DNA from: Sphaerodactylus townsendi
Taxonomy: Eukaryota
DNA: 64,000 nt
Assembly: GCF_021028975.2 (NCBI RefSeq)
Contig: NC_059435.1
Location: 24,986,001 to 25,050,000, forward strand
Reading direction: 5' to 3'
Part shown: positions 14,574 to 28,200 of the stretch, in pieces
How the letters are laid out: each line of letters starts with the position of its first letter
Numbering within the stretch: the first letter of the stretch is position 1
Program-made: the position numbers and the translations under genes
The notes under the pieces: model-generated
Databases searched by the model: none
Seen by the model: the letters and a program-made list of their open reading frames with translations, nothing else
What the model was told of the DNA's origin: nothing

Positions 14574-14706
14574 CTGTGGTGGCGAACCTTTGGCACTCCA
14601 GATGTTATGGACTACAATTCCCATCAGCCCCTGCCAACATGGCCAATTGGGGCTGATGGGAATTGTAGTCCATAACATCTGGAGTGCCAAAGGTTTGCCA
14701 CCACTG
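14574..14706. mobile_element. Palindromic hAT MITE
   Basis: Near-perfect hairpin (cctttggcactccagatgttatggactacaattcccatcagccc and its reverse complement); 8-bp TSD gtctatgg at 14566-14573 and 14707-14714. Confidence 0.9.
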
Positions 14707-14881
14707 GTCTATGGCATTATTCACTTTGGAGGGGGAGGGAGGTGAGTTAAAACACAGAATTCAGGGGCGACATCAAGTCTCCCAGAAACTTTGTCACAGA
14801 GGCTTGAGATTTGCCAATCTTCTGGTGGGAATGTGGAGCTCTTCCAGAATTCAGGATTTGAACTGGGCAGCCGAACCATAT

Positions 14882-15162
14882 AGAAGAGTTTGGGATTCTG
14901 AAGTCACATCTTTCTCCTGTAAGGAGATTCAAAATGGCTTACACGCTCCTTTCCCTTCCTCTTCCCACAACAGATACCTTGTGAGGTAGGTGAGGTTGAA
15001 AGAGTTCTGAAGAACTGTGTCTAGTCCAAGGTCACCCAGCAGGAATGTAAGAGTGCGGAAACACATCTGTTTCACCAGATAAGCCTCTGTCACTCAGGTG
15101 GAGGAGTGTGGAATCAAACCCGGTTCTCCAGATTAGAATCCACCTGCTCTTAACCACTACAC
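14882..15162 (-). mobile_element. tRNA-derived squamate SINE
   Basis: Same family as 20965; ends ccagattagaatccacctgctcttaaccactacacc, the reversed tRNA head. Confidence 0.85.
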
Positions 15163-16197
15163 CAGTAAGTGTCAAAGTATCAAAATCTTCTTGTTTGTTA
15201 ACAATATGCAACATTATTTCTAGCTTTAACACATTTTTGTTTTTGGTACCACCTGGAAGTTGGCAACCCTATATTAGATCTATGATGCTTACGATGAGGG
15301 TGTAATTCATTGCCCATAAACTACATATAGCCTGTTCTATAAAGTACTTCCTGTTGTACTTCCTGTTTACCAGCAACCTTTGCTCATCAGAATAATGTGT
15401 GCAAGTGCCCTTATCCAAAGAAATACATACTGGAATTATGCTGAGACAATTCAGAAAAAAGGGGTAGACTAACAATTTAAGAGTAATCCTGGAATATGGC
15501 AGTTAAAATGCTTCTTAAAATACCAATAAAGTTATAAACTGCAAATTATAGTTTTGGAGGATCAAAGAAGTAACTTTGAGAGGAAAAATGAGCTAGTGGA
15601 GGATCTTAAATTCTCCTGTCTTTTCGCTGAAATTCAATGCAAGATACTCAGCTTTATTGAGCTCATTATTTTCGAGTCCTACAATTACTTTCTCTATGTA
15701 AATAAGTGATTGCTTGGGCTTTGTGTAAAATATCCCATTTGTTAGCCTGTGACAGATAATGCTCACTATTTATGCAGCTCTGGAAGTTAAATATATCTTG
15801 AAGGCACAGATTTTGATTTATGTTCAAAAATCAGAACATAACTTTCTGAGCATCTTTCTGAACTGAAGCACCACAGCGCCACAACAACCAGAATAAATTA
15901 GACTGGAACTAGACGTCAGAGCCAGATCTACATTTTTTTAAAGGCGACAAGAGGACAAAATGACATCCTCCATGTAATATATAAATATTTTTCTTTAGGT
16001 ATACATATATAATCAATGCATATAATATGCACATATAACCAACAACTCTTTTTAAATGATCAGAGCCATAGCTGTCCTTTCTCATTGGGTGAACCAAGCT
16101 TTTGTCAACCAGTTTGTGGTGAGGGTGTGCAATGACCTTCTGGCTGCGAGAGTCTGATCCCTGTGAGCCATCCCTGCTTCAAATGACACCTTCCTCC

Positions 16198-16607
16198 CAG
16201 TGGTGGGATCCAAAAATTTTAGTAACAGGTTCCCATGGCGGTGGGATTCAAACTGTATGAAATGCCAATGGGAGCTTGGCTGGGCACTGACATAGGCGTG
16301 GTTTAAGATTCTGTGGGTGGGAAGGTCCTAAGTGGGTTGTGGCAAGGACTTAGTTGTTTCATGCCACTCCTTTGGTGGGAAACAAATGCACTGTATGCGC
16401 AGGTTATTGTCACATTACTACTAGGTGTATCTCCTGTTAGACTGTTTCAAAGTTCTGTAAAATACTGCTTGAGGAGGAGGGGCTTAACTTAAGGGCAAAA
16501 AATCACATGTGGGTGGTCCATCACTTAGCAACCCGCTCCCAAACACACAGCTTTGTTTGTAACCTGTTCCTCGGGAACCTGTGAGAACCTGCTGGATCCC
16601 ACCTCTG
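16198..16607. mobile_element. Non-autonomous hAT element
   Basis: TIR cagtggtgggatcc / ggatcccacctctg; 8-bp TSD cttcctcc at 16190-16197 and 16608-16615. Confidence 0.9.
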
Positions 16608-18778
16608 CTTCCTCCCTTTAAATGCCTTGCCATGCCCACACTTATAAGAGCTAAGAGGGCATAGCCTGCTATGCTTTATACATCACTTGTAATTGCTGGG
16701 TTCTTCTCAGGCATTGGTTGGTGAGGAGGAGAAACAGTGGGAGTGTGCTGAGGGCTGGAGAGGGCTGCCCCCCCCCCTATGAGTATCCCAAGGAACATGA
16801 GAATGCCAGGTAATTCTGAACTTCCTTTATTGTAGAATGATAGCATAAGTGTCTCTCATGCCAAAGAGTTACATCACTCCCTGCTTTACCTTCCTATTTT
16901 TCCTCGTTCCATCAAAACCTCACTTCTCATGAGTTCTCCTAGCTCCTTTCAATGACTCTTAAGTCCTGACCCAAAAGCTATAATTCACCAATAAAATGGG
17001 AGGGGAGGAGAGAAAGGTTCTGACCCTTGCCCCTTGCAAGATCTTCTCCATCCCAATGGGAAACTTTCCCTTTGGGCCACACCCTGGTTATTGGTTTAAT
17101 ACTGCTGTCCATTTCCTTCTATTTCCTGGGTATCCTCCTTTGATCCAGTCACAGTTTTAAAAAATTGTTTATCTGAAAAATATTATAGACAAGGTGAACT
17201 AGTGCTCCTTGGAGACCTCTCTGCTTCCAATACATAATATGTGACATGACGCCACCGTTCTGTGAGTTCAGCACAGTGACATCATTCCACATATTTTAAA
17301 TGATTGGATGCTTCCAAGGGAGACTCATGAGGGGCGGAAGCCTCATTTCTTCAGTACTGACCAGTTCATCGTCTTTGGTTTTTTCTTTTAGAGATGTGAA
17401 CTCACACTACATAGAACTGGACCAATTCACTAAGTTACAGGCTTAGCTCAGACATGGTTTAACTAATTTATTTGTGAATACTGTGATGATCCAAATGTCA
17501 ACTACTCAATTGACTATTGACCAGCAAGCAAATTTAGAATCACAGTTTGATGGTGGTTTACTCACCATCAGTTTATGTTAGCTGTGGTTCAAGGTGATAC
17601 GTGAACTCAAACATCCTGGACTTGTTCCTGGGTGCTGCCCTCACAGACTCCTCTGCTACAGAGATGCCTGGCCAGAGCATAATGAATGAAATCAGTGTTT
17701 GTTGAAGAAAACCAAGATTTGAATGAGCATCTTATACAAGTAATGGAGAATTGCAACACAAAGATGTGCAGAGTTGAAGCATCGATTCATCAACTAACTA
17801 GAAAACAAAAGGAAAAAAACCGTAATGGTAGCCATGAATTGTTTTGAGGGGTGAGTGCAAACATATATTATGGTGAAGGGGGGGGGAGGGAGGGGATGGA
17901 AAACATTTTAGGTGATTTGTACAGGAAGGGCTAAAGATTAAGATGATAAATAAGAGCAATAATCACATCTATTAAGTGTTAAGTATCTGCTTAGCTCTTC
18001 CAGTTAACTGGACTGGAACTCATTCAAATTAAAATGCCAGATAATATGACCAACAATATGCCCTGTTTCTGATTAAAATCAAGAATGATCTAATGACAAA
18101 TAGGCTAGGTAGTATATTCCTCACCTTTGTCTCCTGTTCAGATTCTTTTTGCACTATGAAATTATAGCTGCAAATTAAGTGGTAATCTTCATGAAATTCC
18201 TCCCACCCAAAAAAATGAAAAAAGGCACAGCCATTTTAAAGCATTTAGATAGCATATGGCTGATTAATTTCAGAATTTCAGCCATGGGATATATTTGTTT
18301 GTTTAAATATTGTCTGTAGAGAGAAAACACTATTAATGGTATTCGCAAAGTGACAAAGCTATAAAGAATCTCTAATTCCACATGAAAGCAAGTAACCTTT
18401 ATACAACTTGTCCTAATTGTTTGAACCCATAAAACAAAATTGCAACACTATTCATCTTCTGTTTATTTTATTAAACTTATATCCACCCAATTCTCAATGA
18501 AGGTCAGGCTCAGGGTGGCTTACAGATGCAAATTAAAAGCAAATACAATGTCAATTTACAGTTGAAACTATACTACAAATACAAATCAAACAGTTACATA
18601 TTAATTCAAACCCAATTAAAACAGCTGCCACTACTAAGCCTCTAGCCTAATGTTGGTTCCTCTCCATTTCCTGATGGGAGAAAGGGAAGTAGTGACAGAG
18701 GGAGTAGAGGTACCAGGTGGAATTGTAAGTGGTACTAATGATAAATATGGCACTAGATGTAAAAGGTATGGGTATATG

Positions 18779-19077
18779 CAGGGGCATACCGCCCATGATG
18801 ACATTTAAGGGAAAACCTGACACCAGGTGCACAACATTCAGTCATGCAGTAAGGTTATACTTATCATCCTGGGTCCTTGCACCCAGTCTGTCCTGCAGCG
18901 CGGCGCTTGGTGGCTCCTTCTGTGCTGGGGCAGTGCTCGCCAGCTTCGGCCCACTGGGTGCCTGGCCTGCAGGAGAGGCTGGGCACATGGAAGTATGGAC
19001 AAAAATTGGGGGGAGGGAGCAAATTTGGGGGGACCCCAGGGGACACCATTTTAGTTCTTGTCCTGGGTACACCACTG
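18779..19077. mobile_element. Non-autonomous hAT element
   Basis: Termini caggggcatacc / ggtacaccactg; flanks ggtatatg and ggtatagg (8 bp, one mismatch). Confidence 0.7.
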
Positions 19078-19086
19078 GGTATAGGA

Positions 19087-20382
19087 CAGGGGTGGATCTG
19101 CCAGAGGAACATATAGGGTCACATGTCCCCAGATGCCACCCATTTGATCACGTTGGGGGCACAAAATCACGCCCCATGAGATCAAGCTGCCAAGGCCCTT
19201 CACTTCTATTGGAGACCGTGACTGCCTCGCTCAAGCAAGTGCAACCTCCAATGGAGGTGGGGGGACTGGCCTGGCAGCAGCCAGCACCACGCCTACTGGT
19301 CACCCTTCAGTTTGAGGATACTGTCATGGCAGAATAGCTGCACCCTCCCTGGGGCCGGGGAGTCCAGGAGTCATTTGCCGCTGCAGCGCCCACCAGAGCC
19401 TCCTGCCTGAGTAAGGTGACCAGATGGTCGAACACTGGGACTGAGGGGAGAGATTAGGATGGCCTTCTGGAGTCTCACACTTCCTGCCCCAGATAGGGGG
19501 GCACCAGGCCTGAAAGTTTGTGTTCCTGTGGCTGTGCGTGCATGCCGTGCCAGGGGCGGGTGTGGCTGCTGGGCTTCAAACAGCATTCTCTTGTGGCAAA
19601 GCGTGGCTCTTGTGTTTGTGTGGAGGAAGGGGCCTCGTGCTGAGCCAGGGCAGGTGGCTTTCAGCTGAGTTCTGCTGCCACCAACCCGTCAGCAGCGGCT
19701 CTCCTGTGCCTCAGGCCCTGCCCGCCTGTGGAGGGCAGTGCCAGGGACTAGGCAGGCACCCAAAGGAAGGGCACCTGCTGCCTTCTCTGGTATTTGCCCT
19801 GCCCCAAACAAAACCCGGGACAGAGGCTGAGACTCCCGTGACTAAGACATGCGCACGCGGCCGCAGGAGTGCATGGCCTTCTGGGGCTTGCCGTTTCCCG
19901 CCCTGTCACAGGCAAGCCCCAGAAGGCCATGCTCCTGTGGCCACGCGCACGGGAGGCTACCGCACTGCCTTGCACCCCAGAAGGCAGTGCAGCAGCCTCC
20001 CAAAAATTGGGACAATTTGAAGAACACACGGGACAAATTGTTTAAAGGCGGGACTGTTCCGCCCAAAGAGGGATGTCTGGTCAGCCTATGCCTGAGCCAC
20101 CCGCCACCAAGTCCTGTGCTCCATGGCTTCCCTGCAGGCTGGCTCCTGCCCTCCCCCGGGAGGCCAGGGAGAATAGGGCTCAGCGGCGGGCAGCTCAGGT
20201 GGGTGCCGTAGTGGCCGTCTGGCTCCTGTGCTCCCTGGCCCAAGGGAGGGTGGAAGCTGGCTTGCTGCCATGGCGGCAACCTGAGCCACTCTCTACCAAG
20301 CCCTGCCCTCCCTGGCATCCCTGCTGGTTGCCACGGGGAGCTGGTCATGACCAGGGCACTATTTTCGCCCGATACACCTCTG
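19087..20382. mobile_element. Non-autonomous hAT element hosting a nested element
   Basis: Termini caggggtggatc / gatacacctctg; TSD gtatagga at 19079-19086 and 20383-20390. Its left end resembles the right end of the 6755-8643 element. Confidence 0.85.
19412..20088. mobile_element. Nested non-autonomous hAT element
   Basis: Termini taaggtgaccaga / tctggtcagccta; TSD tgcctgag at 19404-19411 and 20089-20096; internal ~22-bp-stem hairpin at ~19870-19933. Confidence 0.85.
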
Positions 20383-20429
20383 GTATAGGAGGTATGGGTA
20401 TAGTAGGCCAGCTACTTCAGGTGTAATAC

Positions 20430-20780
20430 TTGAATGGCCTCAACCAAGAGCCTGGTGGAACATCTCTGTTTTGAAGCCTCTGTGGAATTGGTTAAAGTCA
20501 TGCAGGGCCCTGGTGTTAGCAGGCAGAAAGCTCCACCAGGCTGGAGCCAGGGCCAAGAAAGCCCTGGCTCTGGTCAAGGCCAACCAGATATCCTTCTGGC
20601 TGGGGATCACCAATACATTACTTTCAGAGACATCCGGTTGGCTTTGACATGAGGCAGGTTTTTTTCGGTCCTGGCTATGGCCTGGTGGAACAAACTACCA
20701 GCTGATGTTAGAGCCTTGCGGGAACTATCTTCATTTCGCAGGGCTTGGAAAACCTGGTTGTTCCACTAGGCCTTTCCCAA
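20430..20780. mobile_element. Two L2 ORF2 3'-end fragments in opposite orientation
   Basis: 20430-20625 is a minus-strand L2 end like 5170-5330. 20630-20780 on + reads FSVLAMAWWNKLPADVRALRELSSFRRAWKTWLF. Confidence 0.75.
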
Positions 20781-20964
20781 CTAGCCAGCCAGTAGCAACA
20801 GCTCCTCTTGGCTTCCAAAACTGGGTTGGGGGGTGGGGATGATACAGTTCATTTCTTAAAATGCCAGCTATTTTTATACATTATTTATTATTTTAATAAT
20901 GTTATAGCCATTTTGTAATTTTAATGGTAATGTTGTTTTTAAAATTTTCATGGTGTCTAATTGA

Positions 20965-21224
20965 GGAGCAGCAGTAGCATAGTGGTTAAGAGCAGGTGTA
21001 CTCTAATCTGGAGGAACCGGGTTTGATTTCCCGCTCTGCTGCCTGAGCTGTGAAGACTTATCTGGGGAATTCAGGTTAGCCTGTACACTCCAACACATGC
21101 CTGCTGGGTGACCTTGAACTAATCACAGTTCTTCTGAGCTCCCTCAGCTCTACCTACCTCCCAGGGTGTTTGTTGTGAGGGGGGAAAGGAAAGGAGTTTG
21201 TAAGCCCCTTTGAGTCTCCTGACA
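20965..21224 (+). mobile_element. tRNA-derived squamate SINE
   Basis: tagcatagtggttaagagc (A box), gggtttgatttccc (B box), core gctgggtgaccttg..cctacctc..agggtgtttgttgtgagg. Confidence 0.9.
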
Positions 21225-24200
21225 GAGTTTTATGTTTATTTAAGGTTTCTAATGGAGGGAAAGCTGAGTGAGGATACTGTGTGAAGTACCAGCCTGTGTT
21301 AGACCCCATGTGACCATCCATAAGCCAGTACCATCTGAAATATATGAAAATGTATCATCTAAGCAATATCTAAAGAACATCTAAGCAAACGGAAACTGAA
21401 CAAACTTAACAAGCTTATGCCTGAAAACCAGAAACTGATATTTAAGCAAAAGCTCTCTAGTATATATATTTCTCCTGCCTACATCTTTCCTTCCATCCAA
21501 GTTATTTATCTTCTATTTTTATCTCAGTTAAATAAATATTTGACTTTGTTTAAGATTGAAATCTGCATCCATATTATTTCGTGCCATATTAAGGGGTCTG
21601 CCAAGAAGTAAAATAATGGGCTCCTTTCCAATAGCTCTTTGCGCTCCCTTTGTGGTTCTGCCTGCTTTCTTGCTAAATGTAAGCCTCTGCAATACAAACT
21701 TCACCTTCCAGGAAAGGAATAGGTCTCAATAAAGTGCTTTTAGTATACCACAAGTTATCATATCTGAAGTCCCTGAAGGAGAAAAGGTGGAAAAATCTGA
21801 CAAGCCTGGTCAGAAAGTAGTCATCCTGCCTCAGTGAGTTGCGATGGTGAGGGGATCTGTCTCAACAACATTTTAGCCTTAGTGACTAAAGATAACTTCC
21901 AGATTCAGAGGCAGTAAATCACTGAATACCAGTGTCAGGAGGTAACATGCTGTGTGCACTGGTAAGCCATCATTATAATGCTTCTTAACTGTCCCCCTCT
22001 TTAATTAGCCTGCCTTGTGAGAAAACTGGGACTCGGATGCTAAATCGGTTTTAGAGCCTACACATCTGGCACATCATGACATATTGATGGCCCACATGCC
22101 TGTGTGGGCAAACACACACGGACCCTTATTTCTCTCCTCAATTAGGACCCCAAGCAACTTACACAATACAAAAATACAGTTTAAACAAACAGAGGAAAGC
22201 AAAATGTATCACATACTACATCTTGGGCTGATCCTAGACCCACTGAGTTGGGGTCATGCCCAAGCTTATATACCTGTAACAAGAAGGGGAGCAGAAACTT
22301 AGGCAAGATCTTATTTTGCTGCAATCCTCAAGTTTCCCTTCATCTGCTGACTCCCTTTGGTTTCCTGCTGACCTCCCTAAATCAGCAAATAATGTAACAA
22401 GGACATGCTCCAACTAGCAGAATGTCCATTGATTTGGCTATCAGAGCAGATACTTTGCGCAGCATTTCTGCCAGTCATTGGACTGTATCACTAAGTTCAG
22501 AAGGAACACTTTGGATTCCATACAAGGTGAAGCAGCAGCATTTTTTCCCTATGTTGAGCACTTTCTGTGTACGTTTGCATGTTCCTTTGCTGTTAGCACT
22601 TGGCACTCAGTAACTTCATGTTTTGGGGTTCCCCAAGTGCGTATGCCTATTCAATCCACTTTCTAATGATGTCTGCTTTTTTGGGTGCCAAATGTTTCTC
22701 ATTGCCTGCCTTTCCAATAGCTCTTTGTGCTCCCTTTGTGGTTCTGGCCCTAAGCTTTCTCTTTGCATAAAATGTAAGCCTCCTGCAATTGCAAACTTCA
22801 TTCTGCTGGGGTGCCATACCAGGGATTGGCCCAGAATTGTATCGTGAGAAGCTATCAGAACCCTTTTTTATTCTTATATTTTTGTATAGGAAAATAGAAG
22901 ACAACAGGCATCCCTTCACCTTCTGGTGTGTGGTAAAAGGGCAGAGGGAAAGTACCTTCTACCTTCACGCTACCATTATTAGAAGCACCTCAGACCCTGA
23001 AGTCAAAAGACAGAAAAAATCTGAGTTGGTAGTTGAATTGAATTGAAATCTTTAATGGCTTTTTTAAAAAAGTAGTATGCAATAGGTTTAGGAATATAAA
23101 AATTAAAAACATTTAATAAAACCATTAAAAATTAAGAATTTTGTTCAACAAAAAATTGAGAATGTGCAGTGATAGCGGCAGTGAGTTTCCATAGCAAGAT
23201 GGGGATTTGAACCTGGATCTCCCAGGCCCTTCTATGAAATTCTAACTGCTGCACCACACTGGCTTTCATAGATTGGCTGCTGCTGAACTGTAGCAAGCCG
23301 CCAGTTCTTGTTGAATCATGCAGGTTGGGTGGTATCAAGTCACCCAGAAATTTCTGTCAAGCCTAGGATTGCTAATCTTCAGGTGGGACCTGGAGATCCC
23401 CCAGAAAAAATGGCAGCTTTGGAGGGTGGATTCTATGGAATTATATATGGATGAGGCCTCCCCTTTTCCCAAACTCTGATTGCACCACAAACTCTCCAAG
23501 AATTTCGCATCCTAGAGCCAGTAACCCAAGTCAGACCTGGGCCTTGTGAGTCCTGTCTCAAAAGCCAAAATAGACCTGGAAAGTGCCCTGCTCCCTCTTT
23601 CTACCAGAAATGCTATGGTTGCCCAGCAACAGCCACTCAGGGCAATCTGTTGCTTAAAGCTACAGGTGCTCCTTTTATTGTTTGGGATTTTAAAACTCCC
23701 AATTATGCTGGGGGTTCAACTAGATGAGGCACTCTTTGGCTGTATGTTTCTATAATCTAACAAAAATTCTTCTGTTACTTTTTTTACGATTGCAATTACA
23801 GCCTTTAAAACAAGCGTCATTAAGATATTGTGACCAAATACAATAATCAACCAGAGTTTTTTCTTTTATCTAGTATTTGTAATTTTGAAGGTGCATCTAC
23901 ATCAAAATTCTTGGTGTCTTATATTTTTTAAAGTCAAAATGCAGCTGTATTGCTGAACTTCAGTCAGCTGAAGTAAGCCTATTTTATATACCTTCAATTT
24001 AGAATACAAGGTTTTGCCAAGTGATTGTAATCAACAATTCTTTTGTGCTCCCTTCAACAGCCAGTGGTATCTCCACCAGTATATAAAACTAGTTTCATAT
24101 TTCAAAGGTAATCATCATCAATTGAGCTGCTTGGTATCCCATTTTGGCAAGAACAGTCCTTAAGTAGCCTGATTTTTCTCTATTATTTATAAACTTAATA

Positions 24201-24759
24201 ACGCGCTCAGTATCCCAAAATGGTCTCTTATATATTAAAAAGCAATGCAAATAACAAAGCAGTGTGCAAAGAATGCTCGCTTTCTCAAAGGCCATCCATT
24301 CCATACAGGATCAACTCATTTTCTGCCATTTATGAAGGTTCTTTTTAATTTGTGTTATTGGGCCATAATTCTGTTCAGATAATAGTCTTTATGGTGAACA
24401 TTGTCCTCATTTCCAAATATTTCTTTCCATGCAATAAAGCTGATTTGTATCAATATTTATTCCTGTTACCATCCAAATTGCCATCTAGCATTGTTTTGTT
24501 TATAGCCTGACACTTTTTTATGCTGATAGACAAATCTTTTTGTTTCTGAGTCCCTTACAAGTGACCCTCAAGCTGACCTGAGGCATAGCGAGTCAGAATG
24601 GTATATTTGTTGCCATCAGATTTTTTATTAGATCTTAAAAGTTGAGGTGTATTGTGGTTTTATTTAACGAATTGTGGAATGTTGGAAGCCACACTGAGTC
24701 CACAAGGGAAAAGGCGCCTTATAAAATGAATAAAGCTAAACAACCAATAAAGCTAGTAA

Positions 24760-25250
24760 TTATTGGTCTTGGTCAATACCCTAGAAATTTAGTAAAATTT
24801 AGATTTGGATTTATTTGGGCATAAAATTATCTGTATGCCCGAATAAGACAAATAACATATTCAGATATACCCGAATATTTGGGTATACCCGAAAAATTCG
24901 TGTCCGTCTGTTTTTGTGGGGTTTTTTGATTTTTTGGGGTTTTTTCACATTTGTGCCTGCAGGGGGTGCATTTTTAAAACTAGCAGCACCAAAATGTCAG
25001 GGTCACATTCAGAGACTGTCCTGATGGTGCCACCCAAGTTTGGTGAAGTGTGGTTCAGGAGGTCCAAAGTTATGGACCTCCAATGGGAGCTAACAGGAGA
25101 TGGAGGGGGTTACACAAAAAAATACGAAAAAAGCCCCCAAACCTTGCATTCGGATTCATTCATATTTGGGCAGGACATATTCAGGCTGATTTTGGCATGA
25201 ATATGCTTGAATTCACCCAGATTCATGCTGAATCTGGTAGAATAAGTCTG
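24760..25250. mobile_element. Degenerate non-autonomous DNA transposon (probably hAT-like)
   Basis: Subterminal ccgaat/attcgg-like repeats at both ends; the central 24950-25100 part shares the palindromic unit of the 6755-8643 element. No TSD identified. Confidence 0.5.
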
Positions 25251-28200
25251 AGGATGGGGGCGCTGTGTTCCCGCCCCTAAACCCCAGGTGGGAGCCAACC
25301 AATGTTTGCGCCACCCTGGAAATGCCCTGTCTCCTTCATGCTGGCATCAGATCAGGATGCCAGCACAGTCCCACTACACCCTGGACTTCCGGGTTTTGCC
25401 ACAGTGGAGCTGAGGGATGGGTGGCCGTCGGTGCATCTGCCTCATCCACAGGGGAAGTGCCCCAGGGAGGGCAAATGAACTGGTGCAAGGCCATGCTGCT
25501 CTGCCAATCCCTTTCAGCCTTTCCCAGATGGGGCTGTAGCTCTGTTTAGAACTGTACAGCAAGATACCTGTAAAACCTGGTCTATATGTCAAAGGGCCTA
25601 AATATTAGAGACATACAAAGTAGCCTTGTTTTCATTGTTTCATTTCAAAATTGCTTCATTCATCATTAGTCCTGTAATGTCTCTTAGTTGCAAAAAACAG
25701 CAATCCTCAGACATGCTTATAGGACAGCCGTAGAGTTTAATAAAGAGAGAAGCCTGGAGACACGAAGTTTCTGAACATAGAGAACAAGAACTACAAGACA
25801 GCAACAACCAGCTCATAATAAAACACCAGACTTAATAAACATCAGGTGTGCTTGGGGAACAATCCTACTTAAAGAACATACATCACAAATCCTATTTGTA
25901 TTCATTATTACTTCAACTTTTGTTTCCAGTGGTTTCAATGGGAAAGATATTGATCCCTGAATCTTCTCTACTTTGATGAAATTCCCAAGGATCATATGTT
26001 TCATCCTACCAGTTTTCAGAAAGATTGGAGCCAGGATCCGATCCCATATAGGAACCAAAATGAAACACAACACAAATAAAATAAACGTTTTGATGACTGA
26101 CTGAACTCTTCTCATGGGTCAGCTTCAAGCTGTATTTACTCAAAAATAAGATGACTTTGAATTTAGAATTACCCCCATAAAATAACATTCACCCCCATTT
26201 GTTTCTATTGGACATCACTGTACCTTGTATGTGAGTGTAAGATAACCTCACCCTCCTCTTCTTATTTGCCTACATACCTGGAGAGAGGAAGTAATATTGC
26301 ACTGGAGTAGATACTGCATGCTCTGATGTTTCCTCACTCTCTCCCCTGCTGACTGCCCCCTTTGACACCATCCACCAGCATCTGTTTTCATTTTTATGAT
26401 TGGTTGCTTCCTGTTCACTTCTAAGAATGGCTGACTGCTTCTTTTTTTGATGACTCATTGAATGCTTCCTAATAACATTTGGAACTGATTGAATGGTTTC
26501 CATTTACATGAGGTAGCCTTGGGCGTGCAAATTTTCCTGTACATTTCATAATAAGGATAAGTAGCTTTTTAAAAAGATAATTCTTATTTCAAAAAGAAAA
26601 AAATTACAATGCAGTGTTTTGCACGTTTTTCATTTTGAAACGATATAGTCCAACAAAAATGATAAACCATCATTACAGTATTGCAAATATAAAAGTTAAA
26701 TAGTTATTATTTATTATTTATAGTTATGATATAGTTATTATTTAATCAGTGTTCCATTACTATGGTATGTAATGATTTTGGATTCACAAACATCTATTGG
26801 AATTGTCTATGTTCTCCCATATCTTTGAAATTTGGCAGGGACAATTCATTTGAAGAGGGTACAATCCCTGAGAATCTCATCTTAATTGAAACTTGGCTCC
26901 TGGATTCAAGATGAAAATGAAAAAAAAATCAGGCTGTTGCTTTTTGATTTATTTTAAGAGTTGCCAATTATGGGTTCAGAAATTCCTGGAGATTCAGGAA
27001 TGCAGCCATGGGATGACAAGATTTGGGGGAGGGGTGGACCTCAGTGCATTATTATTGAGTCTGGCTGCTGGCTGAGCAAGAGTGGCACAAACCCACACAA
27101 GAGTCAGGAATCAGAGTTCAGGCACAGTGGAGCAAGCACAGTTCCAAAACAGAAGGCAGGGGCAGTAGTCTATCCACCTTTTGGCACTTGGTCAGATCAA
27201 AGCAGAGCCGCTGCCGACATTCCAATGGGGATGGCGGGCTGGAGGGGGGTTTGCTCTGATTGGTGCGGCATGCTCTGAAAGAGGGCAGGATTGACAGGGA
27301 GGTGGTGTGCTGTCATTGCCAGGTGATGCTTCTTGGTTGGTACACTTGTGCGGCTGGCAAGTCTCCCATTGGCAGATCTAAATGGCCCGATGCTTCCCTA
27401 CTGACAGCTGCCACTTCATCCTCCAGGCTACTGCTGCTGTCATCTGAATCTACCTCTGCCTTACTTTCAAAGCTGGGGAATGCTTCCCCGCTGTCAGTGG
27501 AGAAGTTGAGGACAGGACGAGAGGCGGGCATTGCTTTCAAAGCCCAAAAACATGTCTGTGCTGTCCAATGAGGGATTGAGGGCAGAGTATGAGAGGCTGG
27601 CATCACCATGGAAGATCCCCTCACTGTCAGACTAGGTGCTGGAGACAAGATGTGGGGGGCCCGGCCACAATAGATATAGTTCCATAGGGTTCACCCTGCA
27701 ACCATCTTTTCCAGGGGAATTGATCTCTGTAGTCTTGAGATCAGTTGTCATTCCAGGAGATATGTAGGCCCTACCTGGAAGTTGACAACCTTATTTGCTA
27801 ATGCTTTGCAATTAATACAGATCCCTGTTGCGATTTTGTTATTGATCAAGCAAGGTCAGCCCTTGGATAGGCTTAATTGCCAATTGTATTGGTCAGGAAG
27901 GATGAATAACAATGGATCAAAGTTACCTGAGTACCGGCAGAATCAGACAAACTGATATCAAAGTAGAAGGGGTGAGAGATCATTTCAAAAAGTGCAGTTG
28001 CTTCTTGCTCAGCATGGAAAGAGTGCCTGGTCTGCTTGCTAGTGGCAAACCTGCCTAGAAAGATGTGACCATAACCCCACTACAAGTCCATGGCAGTTAT
28101 GTTCTCCAACACCAGATGTCTTCCTCCCTATCATGCCGCCTTCTTTCCATCTTTTTCCTGATTGGGACTCAAAGCAGCTTTTCATGTTGCTCTACCCTCC

